Assembly (NCBI GenBank): GCA_018823135.1 | Contig: JAHJJF010000059.1 | Span: 444 to 64,443 of the forward strand | Length of the DNA stretch: 64,000 nucleotides | Direction of reading: 5' to 3' | Source of the DNA: Pseudomonadota bacterium | Lineage (GTDB): Bacteria > Desulfobacterota > Desulfobulbia > Desulfobulbales > CALZHT01 | In this document: positions 59,556-64,000 of the stretch, one piece after another | Layout of the letters: each line of letters starts with the position of its first letter | How positions within the stretch are numbered: the first letter of the stretch is position 1 | Made by a program: the position numbers and the translations under genes | Notes under the pieces: model-generated | The model's input: only the letters and a program-made list of their open reading frames with translations | Database searches by the model: none | Told to the model about the DNA's origin: nothing

Positions 59556-61988
59556 TTATTTGCTTTCCGGCTGGAGAATCTTAAGGATCGTGCTTGAAAA
59601 ATCTTCCAAACTATACGGTTTCTGTAAAAAACCACTGGCATCTACTTCCATGAGTTTACGTATATCTTCGTTAACCGAAAAACCTGAGGATACAAGAATT
59701 TTCACCTTCGGGTCTATTTCTCTGAGTCTGAAAAACGCTTCCTTGCCGTCCATGACCGGCATGTTCATATCCAGAATAACCAGATCTATTTCCGATTTTT
59801 TCTTGGTAAACAGGCTTACCGCCTCATCTCCATTGGCTGCAACTAGAACCTTGCAGCCGATTTCCTCAAGATAATCCGAGAGCATTTTAATGATAATTGT
59901 TTCATCGTCAACGATCAAAATGCCCTTTTCCAGTTTAAAATCCTTGTGGGTCAGAGTAAGCATGTCCTTCTTAAAGAAATTTTCCATGGCCGCTGGAAAA
60001 TAGATTTTGAAAACCGTGCCTTTGCCGGTCTGGCTTTCAACAAGACAAAACCCTTTATGGCTCTTCACAATGCCGTAAACAATAGAAAGCCCCAGACCGG
60101 TGCCTTTGCCGAATTCCTTGGAAGTAAAAAAAGGTTCAAAAATTCTCGGCAATATTTCCTTATCGATTCCTGTGCCGTCATCTTCAACAGTTATTTTCAG
60201 ATACCTTCCCGGTTTAACTTCTGTAAATCTTTTTGCAGCATCAACATCAATCAGTTCGATGGCCGATGAAATTTTTATTGTTCCTCCCGCCGGCAAGGCA
60301 TCCCGGGCATTGACGAGCAGATTCATCAAAACCTGTTCTATTTGGGCGGCATCGCCCATGACCAGCGGCAAGGGATCCGTCAGCTCCAGTTCTATGACGA
60401 TCAGCTTGCTGATGGTTTTCTTAAAAAGCGATATGATATTTCTCGCACATTCGTTGAGATCAACCGGTTGCGAACCAGTTAAGTTTCTACTTGAAAATGT
60501 CAGCAGTTGTTTGGTGAGGTCTGCGGCCCTGAAACCGGCTTTTTCAACCATGTCCAGAACCTTATACTCTTCATCATCCTCGGAAAATTTTTTCTTGATA
60601 AGGGCGATGTGGCCAATCATTCCGCAAAGGATATTATTAAAATCATGGGCAACCCCACCGGCAAGGGTACCCACTGCAGTCAGTTTTTCCGCTTCAAAAA
60701 GCTGTCGTTGTGTTTTCTGCAATTCCGCCATCTGCAAATGGAGATTCCGGTATAATTCTATGTTTTCAAGAGCAATTGAAAAATTGTTTGCCAGAATGCC
60801 CAGAACATCGCCATCTTCGCCGAAAAAATCACCGTCCTGCTTGTTTATAAGCAAAACCGCGCCAACAAGTTTCTTTTCCCTGACCATCCACACCACGAGC
60901 ATATTTTCAACAGGCAAGCCACCCAGAACATCTGCAAAAGGCCAGCCGGCAACAGGCCTGGCATTTAAGACAACATTATCCATACCATATTCTTGACAGA
61001 CCGCGACAACACTGCTCGGGCTGACTTCCAATTCGGCCGGGGAATCAGACGCATCGCTGGAGAGATATAATGCTGCCTGGGGCAAGTCATCGCGGATAAT
61101 GATCATTCCTTTCTGTTTGACGTTGAAAAGACTTTCAATGCATGCAAGCACTTCCTTTCTCGCATTTTCACAACCGCTTGCCGAATGAAGTTTGATAGTT
61201 CCCTGGTTGATGCTCGTGAGTCTTTCAAGATGTTTACGGATTTCTTCTTCCTTGATGGCCAGAGAGCGGCTCATCTCATTAAAGGTGTTGATCAACTCAT
61301 AAAACTCATCACCCTGCCTGGGCCTGGCCTGATATCCAAAATCCCCGGTGCTTATCTTAGTGGTTGCGGTCAACAGTTCATCAATGGGCACGGTTATCCT
61401 GTGCATGAGATACCTGGCGACAATTATTGCCAGAAAGAATGTTGCCAGGAGAGAAAAGGCCAGGATATTGTAGGACCGATCAATCCTGAGCATCGCGGCG
61501 TTGGTTCTTTGCTGAAGAGTCGCTGCCGCCGAGTTGACCATCGCCTCTACTTCAAAAAGAATCTGTTCGCTTAATTCAGCAACCTGTTTCGAATTTTCGT
61601 CGCGCCAGTTTCCCTGGCCGGCAGTGGTGATGAGATAACTCAATCTCTGCTGGAATTCATAGATGAGTTTTTCAGCATGATCAATTTCAGCGCGAATTTC
61701 AGGTTTATGGTGACATGAATGGCATTGAGCGACAGATTCGTTGATATTTATCGCGTGATTGATGATTTCATCGAGACGTTTTGAAAAATCCGCATCAGGA
61801 GAATATGTAAACGATTGAATTTTCTGGACATTATAACTGAGCTCCTGCCGGATATCTTCAATCTCATGCATATCGATGAGCTTGCGAAGATTTGAAGTGG
61901 TGGTAAAAAGATTATAAACGGTTATCCCGGCGCCAATTGAAAAAAGAGCAAAAATCAGGGCAAAGGAAAGGAAGATTATCTTTTTCAT
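59556..61988 (-). CDS. Hybrid sensor histidine kinase (periplasmic heme-c motif, HAMP, GAF, HisKA, HATPase, REC)
   Basis: CHSCH between two TMs; AHDFNN; NARDA; GTGLGL; receiver 'VDDE...LDMNMP...KP'. Confidence 0.93.
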   Translation of the reverse strand: MKKIIFLSFALIFALFSIGAGITVYNLFTTTSNLRKLIDMHEIEDIRQELSYNVQKIQSFTYSPDADFSKRLDEIINHAININESVAQCHSCHHKPEIRAEIDHAEKLIYEFQQRLSYLITTAGQGNWRDENSKQVAELSEQILFEVEAMVNSAAATLQQRTNAAMLRIDRSYNILAFSLLATFFLAIIVARYLMHRITVPIDELLTATTKISTGDFGYQARPRQGDEFYELINTFNEMSRSLAIKEEEIRKHLERLTSINQGTIKLHSASGCENARKEVLACIESLFNVKQKGMIIIRDDLPQAALYLSSDASDSPAELEVSPSSVVAVCQEYGMDNVVLNARPVAGWPFADVLGGLPVENMLVVWMVREKKLVGAVLLINKQDGDFFGEDGDVLGILANNFSIALENIELYRNLHLQMAELQKTQRQLFEAEKLTAVGTLAGGVAHDFNNILCGMIGHIALIKKKFSEDDEEYKVLDMVEKAGFRAADLTKQLLTFSSRNLTGSQPVDLNECARNIISLFKKTISKLIVIELELTDPLPLVMGDAAQIEQVLMNLLVNARDALPAGGTIKISSAIELIDVDAAKRFTEVKPGRYLKITVEDDGTGIDKEILPRIFEPFFTSKEFGKGTGLGLSIVYGIVKSHKGFCLVESQTGKGTVFKIYFPAAMENFFKKDMLTLTHKDFKLEKGILIVDDETIIIKMLSDYLEEIGCKVLVAANGDEAVSLFTKKKSEIDLVILDMNMPVMDGKEAFFRLREIDPKVKILVSSGFSVNEDIRKLMEVDASGFLQKPYSLEDFSSTILKILQPESK

Positions 61989-62206
61989 GGAGAAGACTAT
62001 GACCTTTTTAAAACCATCGGAAACAACTTCACCGAGACTTCATTCTTAAAAGACGGGTAACCATGAGTCACCCCGCAACAAATAAGCGCAAGCCTGAGCC
62101 GCGAAGAATGCTCACATCAGACACTCTTTTCCGTTCGCGCGTGAGGGGGGGACATATGCTCACTGGTCATGCACAATTGCCCCAGTTACATTGTCAGTTA
62201 TCTATT

Positions 62207-63115
62207 TTACTGATTTTTGTAATAATATTCACTAAGTTCTATCCCAGCCTCATGGGCCATTTCCATTACCGGCAGATAATCATCTTTTTCGGTCTGGACA
62301 AATTTCTGTGCCCCGAATTTAGATAACACCACCTTCCCCTGAGGATAATTATGGAGATCCAGCAAGGTTTCTTTCAGCTTTTTCTTTAACTGCGGATCAG
62401 TGTCGGCAACGACGCAAAGACCGTTTGACGGCACCCTGGGGGATTTTGCGATGACATACAGATCGGAGTAAATCCTGCTGTCCGTTTCGCTGGATCGTTC
62501 GTATATCGTATTCTTGGCAGCACCCACATCTGCATGTCCTTCAAGGACTGCAATGATTGCCGCGTCATGGCTGCCGGAGAAATAAAAATCCTTGAAAAAA
62601 GTTTGATGATCGGCAACCCCTTTACTTTTGAGATAGGCCAGAGGGAAAAGATATCCGGCGGTGGTGGCTTTTTCGACAAAAACCATCACCTTGCCTTTCA
62701 TGTCTGAAACGTTTTTTATGCCGCTGTCATTCCTTGAAAAAAGATAACCGAAATAGGTTGACGTTCCGTCCATGTTTACCGGTCTGGCCAGAGGCTCGAC
62801 ATGCAATTGTGAAATTGCCAGAGCTGCGGTGAAAGAACCAAGAAAGGCGGCATTGACCCTTTTTTCCTTGAGACTCTCAATGATATTTCCGTAACGACTT
62901 ATCATGGTGAGTTTAACATCCACACCGATTTTATCGGACAGATATTCGGCAAGCGGTCTGAAACGTTCCATCTGTTTAAAAACATTCATTTCAGGAAGTA
63001 CGCCGATAACAAACTCTTCCCCCCTGGATACTGCCGGATTGACCTGAAGAGCGATCAGGACTAAAAGAAAACACAGGATTTTTCCCTTCAATGAAAGACG
63101 ACTTGGCATGATCAT
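62207..63115 (-). CDS. PhnD/phosphonate-binding-family periplasmic protein
   Basis: 'PLA.YLS..IG..V', 'TTAGYLFP', 'GSHDA....V..G.ADVGA', 'VPSN'; start placed after GGAGG. Confidence 0.88.
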   Translation of the reverse strand: MIMPSRLSLKGKILCFLLVLIALQVNPAVSRGEEFVIGVLPEMNVFKQMERFRPLAEYLSDKIGVDVKLTMISRYGNIIESLKEKRVNAAFLGSFTAALAISQLHVEPLARPVNMDGTSTYFGYLFSRNDSGIKNVSDMKGKVMVFVEKATTAGYLFPLAYLKSKGVADHQTFFKDFYFSGSHDAAIIAVLEGHADVGAAKNTIYERSSETDSRIYSDLYVIAKSPRVPSNGLCVVADTDPQLKKKLKETLLDLHNYPQGKVVLSKFGAQKFVQTEKDDYLPVMEMAHEAGIELSEYYYKNQ

Positions 63116-63619
63116 AATTCCTCCCCTCTGTTGGCATTCCGGAATGTCACTGGGTGGTGTCGGTTTCCAGCACCCAGATCCTGACATAAATAAGACCGTG
63201 AACATGCAGATTTTCAACAAAACAGGGCCTCCAGACTTACACCTTAAAGCGGCCTTTTTTCATTACTTGACAAGTTCATCCCATCCTGCTAACTGTATGT
63301 ACCTTCATAAAAAAAGGCAGCTGTGAATGGTAAATAAATTCATATCGGTTTACGCTATCAAGCTTGTTCACCATATGTAAGGATACCAGATTCGATTTCA
63401 TTGACAACGCGAATCGTTTTCATGAGAAAGTCCCTCGAATCTGTTGACTTATACAATTTCGTTTATCAATCATATACAGATTTCGTGTAGTTAAAAAGCC
63501 TTTAAATGCAGAAATAACCAACTAGTTGAGATTTAGTCGACTGTGACCAATCAACCGGACAAACTAATTATTTTTATAGCACGGGGGAATCCCCCGGTTT
63601 TTTCAAGTGAGGTAATACC

Positions 63620-64000
63620 ATGAAAAAAAACCCGATCAGACTGAATGACTCCTTTAAAGCCTACACGTTCGATCAGGACAAAGCCTGTACACCCGAAGAA
63701 ACCGTTAAACAATTCAAGGCCAGACTTGAAAAAGTCGATCTCGATATCCTTAAAGACGTGCAGCGCATAGACAACGGCAGGCTGGACATCCCGGTCTACT
63801 TCAGCCTTACTGGAAAAGATGCCTACAAGGCCATCGGCAATAAAAAACAGATGGGCAAAGGCAGCACCCCGGGGCAGTCAATGGCCAGTGCCTGCATGGA
63901 GCTTGGCGAACGTTTCAGCTTCTTCAGTTTCAAAAAGAATACGGACAATTTCATCACCGACACTTATGCCAATCTGAAAGCCCAGGGCCAGAAAATCATG
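63620..64000 (+). CDS. YcaO-family protein, 3'-truncated by the window edge
   Basis: Translates MKKNPIRL...TPEETV...RLDIPVYFS...KQMGKG.TP.Q..ASACMELGERFS. Confidence 0.88.
   Translation, partial: MKKNPIRLNDSFKAYTFDQDKACTPEETVKQFKARLEKVDLDILKDVQRIDNGRLDIPVYFSLTGKDAYKAIGNKKQMGKGSTPGQSMASACMELGERFSFFSFKKNTDNFITDTYANLKAQGQKIM

Noticed and set aside
53900-62115. Shared ATAAGCGCAAG motif at about 53906 and 62082
   Set aside because: Too short and degenerate to call without a genome-wide search

Overview
Bacterial chromosomal window, most consistent with Desulfobacterota (Desulfobulbales-like; inferred from gene content, not from a database search). Left part: a co-oriented signalling cluster (PilZ/cNMP/Ser-Thr kinase, CHASE2 adenylate cyclase, TPR-beta-barrel, FecR-domain protein, Ig/propeller lipoprotein), an octaheme HAO-family cytochrome, a TPAT-type TRAP transporter and a TonB system. 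Centre (about 20.65-32.4 kb): an integration hotspot downstream of tRNA-Pro(GGG). It holds a 10.4-kb integrative element bounded by exact 47-bp att repeats, with XRE repressor, Rep_trans initiator, DUF4224 protein and tyrosine integrase. Its cargo is defence-like: a stand-alone RES protein and a three-gene TPR / SIR2-TPR / membrane-anchored cassette bracketed by 27-bp inverted repeats. Beyond it lies an array of older tRNA-Pro 3' fragments; two carry the same 22-nt hairpin insertion and flank a VapBC module, and an integrase remnant sits further out. Right part: housekeeping genes (thrS-infC-rpmI-rplT-pheS-pheT-ihfA-merR, dnaX-ybaB-recR, SRP RNA, tRNA-Val, two tRNA-Ser, tadA, speA) plus an FN3/FGE lipoprotein, an EndoQ-UvrD fusion, a radical SAM enzyme, a TraF-like barrel, a heme-c hybrid sensor kinase with a PhnD-like partner, and the start of a YcaO gene. 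All calls come from reading motifs by eye; no searches were run.
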